DNA of 64,000 nt from Patescibacteria group bacterium (GTDB taxonomy: Bacteria > Patescibacteriota > Doudnabacteria > UBA920): the NCBI GenBank assembly GCA_013387205.1, contig WARV01000019.1, forward strand, positions 3,642-67,641, written 5' to 3'. Positions 1 through 8,883 of this stretch are shown piece by piece; the stretch's first letter is position 1, and each line of letters starts with the position of its first letter. The position numbers and the translations under genes were made by a program. The notes beneath the pieces were generated by a model. That model did no database searches and was not told the DNA's origin. It saw nothing but the letters and a program-made list of their open reading frames with translations.

Positions 1-1
1 C

Positions 2-682
2 AACTTCCTGCAGCTCGGAGCAGGAGAGTATGCTACGGCAGTGGTCTCGTTGCCAAAGAAAGATTCGGTCAAATTCCTGGTAATGTCCACCAGAAACGGC
101 ATGATTAAAAAAGTGCCCCGCGAAGAATTTGCCAAAGTCAGAAGGTCCGGCATGATAGCCATTTCCTTAAAAGGGGATGATGAACTAGATTGGGTGGAAG
201 CCAGCTTCGGCGATGACCAAATCATGCTTTCTACCGAAAACGGCCAAGCAATTCGCTTTAGCGAAAAAGACGTGCGCCCAATGGGCAGGACTGCCGGCGG
301 CGTAACCGGCATGCGGCTGAAGAAAGGCGACAGGATAATCAGCATGGATGTGATTAGCAAATCGTGTGATGCAAAAAAACTGGCTGTATTAGTAATTACG
401 GAAAACGGTTTGGGCAAAAAGACTGAATTGTCTTATTACAAAATACAGAGGCGCGCCGGATCGGGCATTAAAACCTTAAAAGTCACGCCCAAAACCGGCA
501 AAATCGTTTCCATGTATATCTTAAGCACCGAAGAAGAACATGACTTAGTCATAATCTCCAGAAGCGGACAAACCATAAGGACGCCGCTTAACGCCGTATC
601 AATGCTCGGACGCGCCACCCAAGGCGTCAGAGTCATGCGCCTGGACGAAAGCGACAAAGTAGCCAGCGCAACTATTATTTAA
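2..682 (+). CDS. gyrA: DNA gyrase subunit A, C-terminal beta-pinwheel domain (5'-truncated by window edge)
   Basis: Translation shows GyrA CTD-like repeated blades (GRTAGGVTGMRL, GRATQGVRVMRL); the ORF runs in frame from the window start. Confidence 0.75.
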   Translation, partial: NFLQLGAGEYATAVVSLPKKDSVKFLVMSTRNGMIKKVPREEFAKVRRSGMIAISLKGDDELDWVEASFGDDQIMLSTENGQAIRFSEKDVRPMGRTAGGVTGMRLKKGDRIISMDVISKSCDAKKLAVLVITENGLGKKTELSYYKIQRRAGSGIKTLKVTPKTGKIVSMYILSTEEEHDLVIISRSGQTIRTPLNAVSMLGRATQGVRVMRLDESDKVASATII

Positions 683-707
683 TCTTTCGAAATAAAAAAC
701 GGCTAAA

Positions 708-744
708 ACCTAAATTTTCTAGGTTTTAGCCGTTTATGTTATGC
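708..744 (+). terminator. Hairpin terminator after gyrA (stem AACGGCTAAAACCTA / TAGGTTTTAGCCGTT, loop AATTTTC, flanked by A-run and T-run)
   Basis: Perfect 15-bp stem. The stem sequence belongs to a conserved hairpin family also seen at 43359 and 48029. Confidence 0.6.
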
Positions 745-1020
745 TACATTGCGGAGACTGTTTTGGATGTAAATCCGCATCCCAAGTCCACCACTGGCCG
801 GCTTCTTCAACAAGCTCTTTTCCGCAATGGATGCACATGGTTACTCCATGGGCGCCGGGAAATGCGGCACATCGTCCAGAAATGTCACAAGGCAAATCTT
901 CGCAAAGCCAATCCATATTTTACACTCCTTATAAAGTTAGGAATATTTTATAACAATCTGGGCAGAAAAGCAAAATCCTGCTTCCTAAAAAATTTGAAGT
1001 AAAACTGAAATAATAAAAAG

Positions 1021-1046
1021 ACCGTCTAATATTAGACGGTCTTTTT
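1021..1046. terminator. Bidirectional hairpin terminator ACCGTCTAAT/ATTAGACGGT with flanking A/T runs
   Basis: 20-bp perfect palindrome followed by CTTTTTAT on the plus strand and a T-run on the minus strand (after the tRNA). Confidence 0.6.
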
Positions 1047-1047
1047 A

Positions 1048-1124
1048 TGGTGGGCGTGCTAGGATTCGAACCTAGGACCCTCAAGGTATAAGCTTGATGC
1101 TCTAACCAGCTGAGCTACACGCCC
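1048..1124 (-). tRNA. tRNA-Ile with anticodon UAU (CCA encoded)
   Basis: Reverse complement folds as a canonical cloverleaf. Acceptor stem GGGCGTG/CACGCCC, D stem GCTC/GAGC, anticodon stem TCAAG/CTTGA with loop CTTATAC (anticodon TAT), T arm CTAGG-TTCGAAT-CCTAG, 3' ACCA. Confidence 0.8.
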
Positions 1125-1198
1125 TATCTAAATATTTTTAATGCCTACATATTATAATAAAAAACCAGAAAGCTATCAATAGCTAAATATTTGGCAAA

Positions 1199-2863
1199 AT
1201 GGCTGTTGTAGTTTATATTATAGATACAATGGACAATAAGGAAACCAAACCACTTTCAAACAGAAAAAAAATAGTTTATATTTCACTTCTCGGTTTGGCG
1301 CTGATTGCTTCAGCGGTTTTTGGTTTGCGCCAATACCAAAACCCCAATAACAATACGGACTTAACCCAGGAAGAACTGGCTACTTTGGTTAAACCTTCGG
1401 TTGTCAGGATAATCCAGCACGTCAGTGGAGAAATTTTTATACCGGCTTTCAGCATTGACCTGGCTTCTTTAAAAATCACCATCGAACCGAATAAGCCAGC
1501 TGTTAAACAAAAGATAGACGAATATTTGACCGGCGGCGGCGTAGTTATTAATACTGACGGTTATATTTTGACCAATTCCCATGTTATTTCCACGCAAACC
1601 ATAAAATATTTATATTTTGAAGAGGCCATAAAAGCAGTTTTGGAAGAAAAAATTAAAAACCTTCCCCAGGAAGATTTAGCGGGCGTATTAAAAAACGAGC
1701 AAAGGATCCTGGATTTATTGGAACAAAACAGGGAAGTGTTGGAACAACAAGGCAATTCCAAATTATCAGGATCCGTATTTGTACTAAAGCCATCCAGCAC
1801 TTCGGAAAGCCTGGAAAGCTTGCTTAACGAAGCCTACCAGGCGGAAATTATAAGCGCCAATGATAATTTTTTACAAGACGAAATTGATGTCGGAATTATA
1901 AAAATTAAGGCAAGCGGACTGCCTTCGTTGCCTCTTGGTGATTCTAAAAACATCAGTTCCGGCAGCAAAATTTTCGTTGCAGGCTTTCCTGCCACGGCGG
2001 AATTTAATTCCAGGAACCCGTTAGAGCCATCTTTTACCCAAGGGGTAATTAGTGCGGTAAAATATTCCCAAAGCAAAGATTTCAGCATATTGCAGACTGA
2101 CGCCAAAATCTCCCAAGGCTCCAGCGGCGGCCCGCTGTTTAATACCAAAGGGGAAGTGGTGGGAATCATTACTTTCCAAACCGACCAATCCATTGTCAAC
2201 CAGGGCGACAATTTTGCCTTTGCCATCCCTTCACAAGTTGCCAAAAATATCCTTTCTGGTAAAAATATTGCCAATACCCAAGGAAATTATTACGTGCATT
2301 TGGCTAGCGGACTGGAATTTATGAATGGACTGCACTGCCAAAAAGCCTTGGCAGAATTCAGCCTCAGCCAAACCAATTCTGATTTTGCCACGGAAAAATA
2401 TTTAAACCCCCTTAAAGACAAGTGCAACCAGCAAATAACGGACGGAAACTCTGTTGATGGAAATTTTCAGGAATTTTTGTCCCAAATTAAAAACGTAAAC
2501 GGCTTTGCCTGGTTTGTAGTCGTAGGGAGAATGGTGCTAATTGTTGCGGGGGTGTGTATTTTATGGCTTACCTTTAATCGCTTTAAAGATGACGAGTATG
2601 TATTAACCAACCTGTCAAAAAGTTTTCACGAGCAGCAGCTTTTATTCGAAGCTTTGGAAAAAAAGGGAATCATATTGCCCGAACCCGAACAAGAACTCCA
2701 TTCCGAAAAACGCCTAAACCTTTCCATTCCTCATCCGCATATAATTGACTACGTTAAAGAGGCGAGGGAAGTGGGATTAAAAGATTCCGACATTTCTGCA
2801 GAGCTTCTAAAAGCCGGCTGGAGCCACGAAGAAATTTCCCATGCTTTAAACTACAAAGAATAA
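1199..2863 (+). CDS. Membrane-anchored trypsin-like (S1 family) serine protease with an extended C-terminal region containing a second TM segment
   Basis: Catalytic triad context: TNSHV (His), DVGIIKI (Asp), GSSGGPLF (Ser). N-terminal TM helix. An alternative start at 1229 (MDNKETKP) is possible. Confidence 0.8.
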   Translation: MAVVVYIIDTMDNKETKPLSNRKKIVYISLLGLALIASAVFGLRQYQNPNNNTDLTQEELATLVKPSVVRIIQHVSGEIFIPAFSIDLASLKITIEPNKPAVKQKIDEYLTGGGVVINTDGYILTNSHVISTQTIKYLYFEEAIKAVLEEKIKNLPQEDLAGVLKNEQRILDLLEQNREVLEQQGNSKLSGSVFVLKPSSTSESLESLLNEAYQAEIISANDNFLQDEIDVGIIKIKASGLPSLPLGDSKNISSGSKIFVAGFPATAEFNSRNPLEPSFTQGVISAVKYSQSKDFSILQTDAKISQGSSGGPLFNTKGEVVGIITFQTDQSIVNQGDNFAFAIPSQVAKNILSGKNIANTQGNYYVHLASGLEFMNGLHCQKALAEFSLSQTNSDFATEKYLNPLKDKCNQQITDGNSVDGNFQEFLSQIKNVNGFAWFVVVGRMVLIVAGVCILWLTFNRFKDDEYVLTNLSKSFHEQQLLFEALEKKGIILPEPEQELHSEKRLNLSIPHPHIIDYVKEAREVGLKDSDISAELLKAGWSHEEISHALNYKE

Positions 2864-2893
2864 TTTGCGTCATATATTATACGTAAAACTAAA

Positions 2894-2933
2894 CCTAGGA
2901 CCAATTTTAACGGCCGTTAAAATTGGTCCTAGG
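2894..2933. repeat. 40-bp perfect palindrome CCTAGGACCAATTTTAACGG/CCGTTAAAATTGGTCCTAGG (ACGGCCGT-centred family)
   Basis: Exact reverse-complement symmetry. Lies between the convergent protease gene and the PaaX-like gene. Confidence 0.9.
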
Positions 2934-2942
2934 TCGCAATTA

Positions 2943-3524
2943 CTACTTTAGATTGTAGCGCTTTTTTAAATCAGCGTCGTCATCAATTTCATCAACTTTA
3001 ATAATTCTGATGTAATATATTAGCCTGGATTGTTTTAAGTATTCAACAGCCTCTCTGTTTAAAGGAAACGGGTTAATATACACGCTTGCCTGTAATTTAT
3101 AAAAACTATTCCGTTTTAGCAAATCTCGTAGCTGATTTCTCTTTTCTTTGCAGTCTTCCGGAATGTCGAATACTATCATTCTCCACTTTTTATCCCATTG
3201 TTGGGGAGCGGGCAGCCTGGCTTTTACAAGCAACGCCTCAAGTTCTCCATTTTTTGTTAATTTAATAAATCTTTCTGCGTCTTTATTGACAAACTTTATC
3301 CAGCCGCGCTTTTGCCATTTATACAAAGTCCTTCTATAACTTCCCTGATTGCCAAATAAAGCACGATTCCTTAATTTGTAAGGATTCATTAGAGGAATCA
3401 ATGTGTCTTCAGCAGCTAAAAGGGATAACAAAAGTTTGCTGGACATGGTTAGTTCCTTTTTTCCCATATGTTTTTTGTTAATGGTCTGTTGTGACCATTT
3501 TTTACGGCCGTTTAAAACGGTCAC
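2943..3524 (-). CDS. PaaX-family-like winged-helix transcriptional regulator
   Basis: Central motif WDKKWRMIVFDIPEDCKEKRNQLRDLLKRNSFYKLQASVYINPFP resembles the PaaX middle domain. The true start is probably an internal Met (MGKKELT or MSSKLL). Confidence 0.5.
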   Translation of the reverse strand: MTVLNGRKKWSQQTINKKHMGKKELTMSSKLLLSLLAAEDTLIPLMNPYKLRNRALFGNQGSYRRTLYKWQKRGWIKFVNKDAERFIKLTKNGELEALLVKARLPAPQQWDKKWRMIVFDIPEDCKEKRNQLRDLLKRNSFYKLQASVYINPFPLNREAVEYLKQSRLIYYIRIIKVDEIDDDADLKKRYNLK

Positions 3525-3526
3525 AA
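3489..3526. repeat. Imperfect palindrome TTGTGACCATTTTTTACGGCCGTTTAAAACGGTCACAA (ACGGCCGT family) in the promoter/5' region of the PaaX-like gene
   Basis: Centre ACGGCCGT with ~12/16 matching arms. Confidence 0.7.
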
Positions 3527-3576
3527 TAATATTTTAGCAAACTGTTAATGTGAAATAAAATTGCAGAAAAAGACTA

Positions 3577-3605
3577 GACAAAAATCCTAAAATCTGCTAT
3601 AATAC
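3577..3605 (+). promoter_or_regulatory. Near-consensus sigma70 promoter TAGACA-17-TGcTATAAT (extended -10)
   Basis: Hexamers and 17-nt spacing read directly. Points away from the PaaX-like gene. Confidence 0.55.
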
Positions 3606-3611
3606 CTATAG

Positions 3612-3800
3612 AAAAGTTAGTTCTTCATTTAGAAGAAACAAAAATAAAAAATAATTAAATATAAAAATCCAGGCAAGGACTCTTGCCTATCACCATCCTT
3701 ATTTTTTGGATGTTCGGCTGCAAGGTGATTCTTGCAGCTAACCCTAGCTTCTTCTAGCTTTTCTTAAAAACCCCTAAAATCACTTTCTAGGGGTTTTTAT
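3612..3800 (+). ncRNA. Candidate small RNA (~190 nt) between the consensus promoter and a hairpin terminator (AAAAACCCCTA...TAGGGGTTTTT)
   Basis: No ORF. Contains internal hairpins (GGCAAGGACTCTTGCC; CTGCAAGGTGATTCTTGCAG). Strong terminator at 3766-3800. Confidence 0.25.
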
Positions 3801-3842
3801 TTTGCGGAATTTAAGGTAAAATGTTTAAGAAAGCAATAAATA

Positions 3843-3934
3843 TAATCCGAATTACCCGAATAATATCCAAATGACCCGAATAGGGAAGGAATCATTTGGG
3901 GCATTCGGATACTAATTCGGGGCATTAGGATTAC
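3843..3934 (+). repeat. CCGAAT-rich ~90-bp inverted-repeat leader element, copy A (ends 6 nt before the ATG at 3941)
   Basis: TAATCCGAATTACCCGAAT...CCAAATGACCCGAATAGGGAA...TTTGGGGCATTCGGAT...ATTCGGGGCATTAGGATTAC. One of five homologous copies. Confidence 0.9.
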
Positions 3935-3940
3935 ATCTTT

Positions 3941-4219
3941 ATGGATAACGAAGAAATAAAGTCACTTTTTGAGGAAAAATACCAGGATAATTTAGGTATG
4001 TCTTTTGATCAGTGGCAGGAAAAAGGCCCGAAGACAGAAGAGCAAGCCTACGCCCGCTGCATGGAAATAGACCGCGAGCTCAACCGCACTTATGACGAAT
4101 GGTTCGAGGCCAAAGGAGATAAAAGGGACCAGCTCCAGGACCACCGCGACAAGCTAAAAGCAGAATATGATTTAATAGAAGACATTTACCATTTAGAAGC
4201 AAACGATCGCAACTGGTAA
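3941..4219 (+). CDS. Hypothetical acidic protein (92 aa)
   Basis: ORF directly downstream of leader-element copy A. No recognisable domain. Confidence 0.5.
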   Translation: MDNEEIKSLFEEKYQDNLGMSFDQWQEKGPKTEEQAYARCMEIDRELNRTYDEWFEAKGDKRDQLQDHRDKLKAEYDLIEDIYHLEANDRNW

Positions 4220-4307
4220 CACCTCTACGAAATACTAAATTATACGAAAGGTACGAAACTACAGATTTAGTATATTTAGTATTTATTAGTATTTAGTAGA
4301 AACATTT

Positions 4308-5075
4308 ATGAAGACTTTTATCACAAACCGCAAAGGGCAAAAAATTGCAGTGATTGTTGAAGAAATACCAAACGCCAAAGGTCTGGCTTTTGTCATGCAT
4401 GGGTTGAGTGGCAACAAAGAACAGGCTCATATTCAAACCTTTGCCAAAAGCTTTGTTGATTCCGGCTATACCACTGTACTATTTGATACCACCAACACTT
4501 TTGGAGAAAGCGATGGTAATTACGAAGATGCTACAGCTACCAATTATTACGAAGACCTGGAAGATGTGATTTCTTGGTCGAAAACCCAAAGCTGGTATCA
4601 AGAGCCGTTTTGTTTAGCAGGACACAGTTTGGGAGGATTATGCGTAGCGCTTTACGCCGAAAAGCATCCCGAACAAATAAAAGCGTTGGCACCAGCAGCC
4701 ACTGTGGTATCGGGTGAACTCAGCGAACAAAATAAGATGAGCAAAGGGGAACTGGAAAACTGGAAAAAAACCGGATGGAGAACAGAAACAAGTACCAACA
4801 TGCCAGGTTTAATCAAAAAATTAAAATGGTCGCATATGGAAGATCGTTTAAAATACGATCTGCTGCCGGAAGCCCGTAAGTTAACAATGCCTGTTTTGAT
4901 GATTGTCGGCAGCGAAGATAACAGCACTCCCCCAAAACACCAACAAATCCTTTTTGACGCTTTGCCGGGGAAAAAAGAATTGCATATCATTAAAGGCGCT
5001 CCGCATACTTTTAGGGAAGAAAACCATCTTAAAGAAATCAAAACCATTTTCAATGAATGGATTAAAAAAATATGA
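4308..5075 (+). CDS. Alpha/beta hydrolase (esterase/dienelactone-hydrolase-like)
   Basis: Nucleophile elbow GHSLGG, plus a C-terminal HTF motif likely carrying the catalytic His. Confidence 0.7.
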   Translation: MKTFITNRKGQKIAVIVEEIPNAKGLAFVMHGLSGNKEQAHIQTFAKSFVDSGYTTVLFDTTNTFGESDGNYEDATATNYYEDLEDVISWSKTQSWYQEPFCLAGHSLGGLCVALYAEKHPEQIKALAPAATVVSGELSEQNKMSKGELENWKKTGWRTETSTNMPGLIKKLKWSHMEDRLKYDLLPEARKLTMPVLMIVGSEDNSTPPKHQQILFDALPGKKELHIIKGAPHTFREENHLKEIKTIFNEWIKKI

Positions 5076-5428
5076 ACCAAGTTCTATATAAAATACTATC
5101 AATTGCGGTTTTGTTTTGCGGGGAGTTTTTAGCTATTTACGCCGAGCTTTATGCAGCCAGAGCATATGCCGACCAAAACCGGTTAGCTTCTGGCTTTGCC
5201 ATTAAAGCGGCAATTATTGCTACTGTCGCGGGCTTTTTTCTGGTAACAGGATACTTAACCGGATACAAACTATTTAAAAATATTTGGGTTGTCAGTGTTA
5301 TTTCTGTCACCTCGATTTTAATACTGGAACCGATAATGAACGTAACCATGTTCCATCAAACCCCAACCAAAGGAGCCGCAGTGGGTTTTGTTTTGGGAGT
5401 CTTAGGATTAATCGCGGCCATGCTTTAA
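5072..5428 (+). CDS. Small integral membrane protein (3 predicted TM helices)
   Basis: ATGA overlap with the upstream hydrolase stop. Hydrophobic segments. Confidence 0.5.
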   Translation: MNQVLYKILSIAVLFCGEFLAIYAELYAARAYADQNRLASGFAIKAAIIATVAGFFLVTGYLTGYKLFKNIWVVSVISVTSILILEPIMNVTMFHQTPTKGAAVGFVLGVLGLIAAML

Positions 5429-5430
5429 CT

Positions 5431-6099
5431 ATGCTTTACGTTGTAGCTACGCCTATCGGCAATTTAAAAGATATTACTTTGCGCGCCATAGAAACACTAA
5501 GGTCTTGCGATTTTGTGATTGCGGAAAACCCTGGGTACTCCAAACGGCTTTTGCAGCATATTGATGCCTGGCCTAAAGAAATTGTCCAGTTTGCGGAGTT
5601 TAACGAGCAGCAAGTGGTAAAAGAACTGGCGCGCAGGATGGTAAAAGGAGAAGGCTGCTTGATTACCGATGCAGGCACGCCGGGAATTTCTGACCCTGGT
5701 TTCAGACTGGTAAGGGAATGTGTGAAAGAAGGCGTTCAGGTCGTGCCAATACCTGGCGCTTCCGCGGCAGTTGCCGCGCTTTCGGCTTCCGGCCTGCCTA
5801 CTGACAGGTTTTTATTCTTAGGCTTCCTGCAAAAGACCGCTGCCAAAACCATTGGCGCTTTGCAAGCCGCGGCAGACACCGAAGCTACGGCAATATTTTA
5901 CGAATCACCGGAAAGAATTTACAAAACCATGGGTTATGTTGCCAATGCGTTTCCGGCCAGCCAAGTCGTAATAGCGCGCGAACTGACTAAAATGCACGAA
6001 GAATTTATCCGCGGCACAGCCGGAGAAGTCCTGGAAAAGCTTAAAGAAAAAACATCCATCAAAGGCGAATTTACCGTTCTGATTAGCTTCAAATCTTAA
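5431..6099 (+). CDS. rsmI: 16S rRNA (cytidine1402-2'-O)-methyltransferase RsmI (tetrapyrrole-methylase fold)
   Basis: MLYVVATPIGNLKDITLRAIETL...ENPGYSKRLL N-terminus typical of RsmI. Start chosen at the internal ATG of the 5284 ORF. Confidence 0.8.
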   Translation: MLYVVATPIGNLKDITLRAIETLRSCDFVIAENPGYSKRLLQHIDAWPKEIVQFAEFNEQQVVKELARRMVKGEGCLITDAGTPGISDPGFRLVRECVKEGVQVVPIPGASAAVAALSASGLPTDRFLFLGFLQKTAAKTIGALQAAADTEATAIFYESPERIYKTMGYVANAFPASQVVIARELTKMHEEFIRGTAGEVLEKLKEKTSIKGEFTVLISFKS

Positions 6100-6128
6100 T
6101 TCATAATTCTAAATTCTTAATTCTATTT

Positions 6129-6842
6129 ATGTCTGGACATTCAAAGTGGGCGCAAATTAAAAGAACCAAGGGAGTCCTTGACCAAAAGCGGGGGCTGTTG
6201 TTTTCAAAATTATCAAAAAAGATTTCCATAGCCGTCAAAGAAGGGGGGAGCGGAGATCCTTCCACTAACTACAAACTAAAATCCGCGGTGGAATACGCCA
6301 AAGACCAGGGAATGCCAAACGATAACATTGAGCGCGCCATTAAAAATACGGCCAATGCCGGGGAAATCAAGGAAGTGGTTTACGAAGGCTACGGGCCTTT
6401 TGGCACGGCTTTTTTAGTTGAAGCGGCAACAGACAACCCCAATCGCACCACCAACAACATTAAGCATATTTTTTCCAAAGCCGGCGGCAATATGGGCAGC
6501 CAGGGAAGCGTGGCCTGGCAGTTCATCACCAAAGGACAAATTCTTGTAGAAAGAGATAGGGAAGACTTGTCGGATTTGGAACTGGCAGCAATTGATGCCG
6601 GCGCAGAAGACGTGAGAGAATCGGAAGAAGGCCTGGAAGTATACACCTTGCCTTTAGACGTACAAAAAATCAAACAAGCTTTAATTACAGCCGGAGCAAA
6701 AATTGCCCGAGCGGATATAATTAAGGAGTCGTCGCAAGGAACGGATTTAACGGAAGAACAAAAACCGAAAGTAGACACGCTATTTGCTGAACTGGAAAAC
6801 GACGAAGACGTAATTGCGGTACACACCTCCGCAAACCTTTAA
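6129..6842 (+). CDS. YebC/PmpR-family transcriptional regulator
   Basis: MSGHSKWAQIKRTKG N-terminus is a YebC signature. Confidence 0.85.
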   Translation: MSGHSKWAQIKRTKGVLDQKRGLLFSKLSKKISIAVKEGGSGDPSTNYKLKSAVEYAKDQGMPNDNIERAIKNTANAGEIKEVVYEGYGPFGTAFLVEAATDNPNRTTNNIKHIFSKAGGNMGSQGSVAWQFITKGQILVERDREDLSDLELAAIDAGAEDVRESEEGLEVYTLPLDVQKIKQALITAGAKIARADIIKESSQGTDLTEEQKPKVDTLFAELENDEDVIAVHTSANL

Positions 6843-6915
6843 TTTTAAACATTCAAACATCTAAACATTTAAGCATTTTGCTGATGTTTATATGTTTACA
6901 TGCTTATATGTTTTT

Positions 6916-7422
6916 ATGATTATACTAGGTATTGACCCGGGAACAGCCACAACCGGATACGGAATTATCAAGCCAGCCAAAAGGCAAGGGGAGTTTGAAT
7001 TGGTGGATTTTGGCGTAATAACAACCAAAAAAGACTTGAGCGATGCCGCGAGGCTAGAAATTTTAGCAGGAGATTTGGAAAGCATTATAAAAAAATTCAA
7101 GCCAGATGCCGTGGGGGTGGAAAAACTTTTTCTAACCACCAACCAAAAAACCGTAATGACCGTGTCCCAAGCCAGGGGAGTGGTGCTGTTTATCTGCCAA
7201 AAGCATAAACTGCCAATTGCAGAATTCACGCCGCTGCAGGTAAAAAATTTCATTTGCGGTTATGGCAAAGCCGACAAAAAACAAGTGCAATACATCATTC
7301 AAAAAACTTTCAAACTAAAATCCGTCCCAAAGCCGGATGACGCGGCAGACGCTTTGGCTATTGCGGTCTGCACCGCTTACCGCCAGCAAAGAGAAAACAA
7401 TTTATCCACTAGACGAAGATAA
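6916..7422 (+). CDS. ruvC: Holliday junction resolvase RuvC
   Basis: MIILGIDPGTATTGYGII N-terminus and catalytic acidic residues. Start chosen at the internal ATG. Confidence 0.85.
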   Translation: MIILGIDPGTATTGYGIIKPAKRQGEFELVDFGVITTKKDLSDAARLEILAGDLESIIKKFKPDAVGVEKLFLTTNQKTVMTVSQARGVVLFICQKHKLPIAEFTPLQVKNFICGYGKADKKQVQYIIQKTFKLKSVPKPDDAADALAIAVCTAYRQQRENNLSTRRR

Positions 7423-7561
7423 ATGCGGCTGTTATAATTGGCCTAAGTCAAGCTCCTAATCAATTTAATCCCGGTTAGATACATCTAACAGGAAAGTTCC
7501 CCTAAAATTTGAGCCTGATAAACGGCCAAGGATTTTACGGAACTCAAGGAGAAACATAAAA

Positions 7562-7666
7562 ATGTTTTTTGATGACGAACAAACCACAACGCCAGCCGAT
7601 GACACAATGGCCGACACGCCAGAAGAAACACAGGAAGAAGAAACTGCTGGCGAAGAGCAAGTATAA
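7562..7666 (+). CDS. Possible small acidic protein (34 aa, MFFDDEQTTTPADDTMADTPEETQEEETAGEEQV)
   Basis: AGGAGA RBS 9 nt upstream. Followed immediately by a hairpin terminator. Not in the ORF track because it is under 60 aa. Confidence 0.25.
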   Translation: MFFDDEQTTTPADDTMADTPEETQEEETAGEEQV

Positions 7667-7670
7667 ACAA

Positions 7671-7700
7671 AAACCCTCCCGACCCCGGGAGGGTTTTATA
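7671..7700. terminator. Bidirectional terminator AAAACCCTCCCGACCCCGGGAGGGTTTT
   Basis: GC-rich stem CCCTCCCG/CGGGAGGG flanked by A and T runs. Lies between the small ORF and the tyrS 3' end. Confidence 0.7.
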
Positions 7701-7701
7701 A

Positions 7702-8883
7702 TTATAATATTTTTACAAACTTTCTTTTTCCAACCTGCAAGAGCAGGTTGTTTTTTTGCCCAATGTCCATCTTTTGTTCGTCTGCCGCCTGCTGGTTAAT
7801 TTTAACTCCTTTTTGGGCGATTAACCTTCTGGCTTCTGTTTTGCTGCCAGCTAATCCTGCTATAAAAACCAGTTCCGACAGCTGGTACTGCCCGGGTTTA
7901 ATTTTCATACTGGGGATTTCGGAAGGAAGCTCTCCTTTGGAAAACTGAGAAATAAAAGCCTGCTTGGCTTCTTCCGCTTTTTTATCCCCGTGATATAAAG
8001 CGGTAATGGCAAAAGCTAAGGCTATTTTTTGGTCCCTGGGATTCGGCAATTTCATAATTTTGCCGATTTCTTCCGTTTCCAGCCTGGTAGCCATAATAAA
8101 ATATTTTTCAATCAAGCTGTCATGTACAGACATGACTTTTCCGAACATATCCTTGTGCTCGTCCATGATATTTATGACATTGCCCCAGGAAGAGGACATC
8201 TTCCTGCCATCAGTTCCTTCTAAAAGCTTTGTTGTGATGATATCCTGCGGCTGCTGCCCGTAATTCGGCTGAATAGTTCTGCCAGCGAGCAAATTAAAGC
8301 GCTGGTCCGTGCCGCCAATTTCTACATCCGCCTTAACCGCCACGCTGTCATAGCCCTGCATCAACGGATAAAGCAGCTCGCGCAGGCTCACTCTTTTTCC
8401 CGCTTTGAGCCTTTTGGCAATGTTTTCCCTGGCTTCAAACTCGTGCAGTCCGAACAAGTCAGCCAACTTGCCGATTTCATGGAAGCCTAATTTTTTCAGC
8501 CACTTGGAATTATAATATGTCTCGGTTTTGCTTTTATCCAAAATTTTCAAAGCCTGGGAAAAATACGTTTTCAAATTGGCTTTCACCTGGGCTTCGGTCT
8601 GCATCGGCCTTTCTGCTTCTTTGTCCGAAGTATCGCCTATAAGTCCCGTAAAATCTCCGACAATAAACACCACCTTGTGGCCCATCTCCTGGAAAGCCTT
8701 AAGCTTCCACAAAACCACCGCCCTGCCAATATGGATATTCGGGCTGGTAGGGTCTATCCCAAGTTTTATTCGCAACTTTTTTCCGGAATTCAGCAAGGAC
8801 TCCAAATGCTCCCTGTCAATCACTTCTTCCACTCCTCGCGTTAAAAGTTCGTTAATTTTCGCCTGGTTTTTAGAAACGTTCAT
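7702..8883 (-). CDS. tyrS: Tyrosine--tRNA ligase
   Basis: Class I HIGH-like motif (HIGR), KMSSS (KMSKS) motif, C-terminal S4 domain. Confidence 0.8.
   Translation of the reverse strand: MNVSKNQAKINELLTRGVEEVIDREHLESLLNSGKKLRIKLGIDPTSPNIHIGRAVVLWKLKAFQEMGHKVVFIVGDFTGLIGDTSDKEAERPMQTEAQVKANLKTYFSQALKILDKSKTETYYNSKWLKKLGFHEIGKLADLFGLHEFEARENIAKRLKAGKRVSLRELLYPLMQGYDSVAVKADVEIGGTDQRFNLLAGRTIQPNYGQQPQDIITTKLLEGTDGRKMSSSWGNVINIMDEHKDMFGKVMSVHDSLIEKYFIMATRLETEEIGKIMKLPNPRDQKIALAFAITALYHGDKKAEEAKQAFISQFSKGELPSEIPSMKIKPGQYQLSELVFIAGLAGSKTEARRLIAQKGVKINQQAADEQKMDIGQKNNLLLQVGKRKFVKIL

Noticed and set aside
736-1002. Small overlapping ORFs (60-88 aa) between gyrA and the tRNA
   Set aside because: They overlap each other and the gyrA terminator in different frames, and have no RBS and no conserved features. 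They are probably spurious.
5284-5430. N-terminal extension of the rsmI ORF
   Set aside because: It overlaps the preceding membrane-protein gene. The RsmI homology starts at the ATG at 5431.
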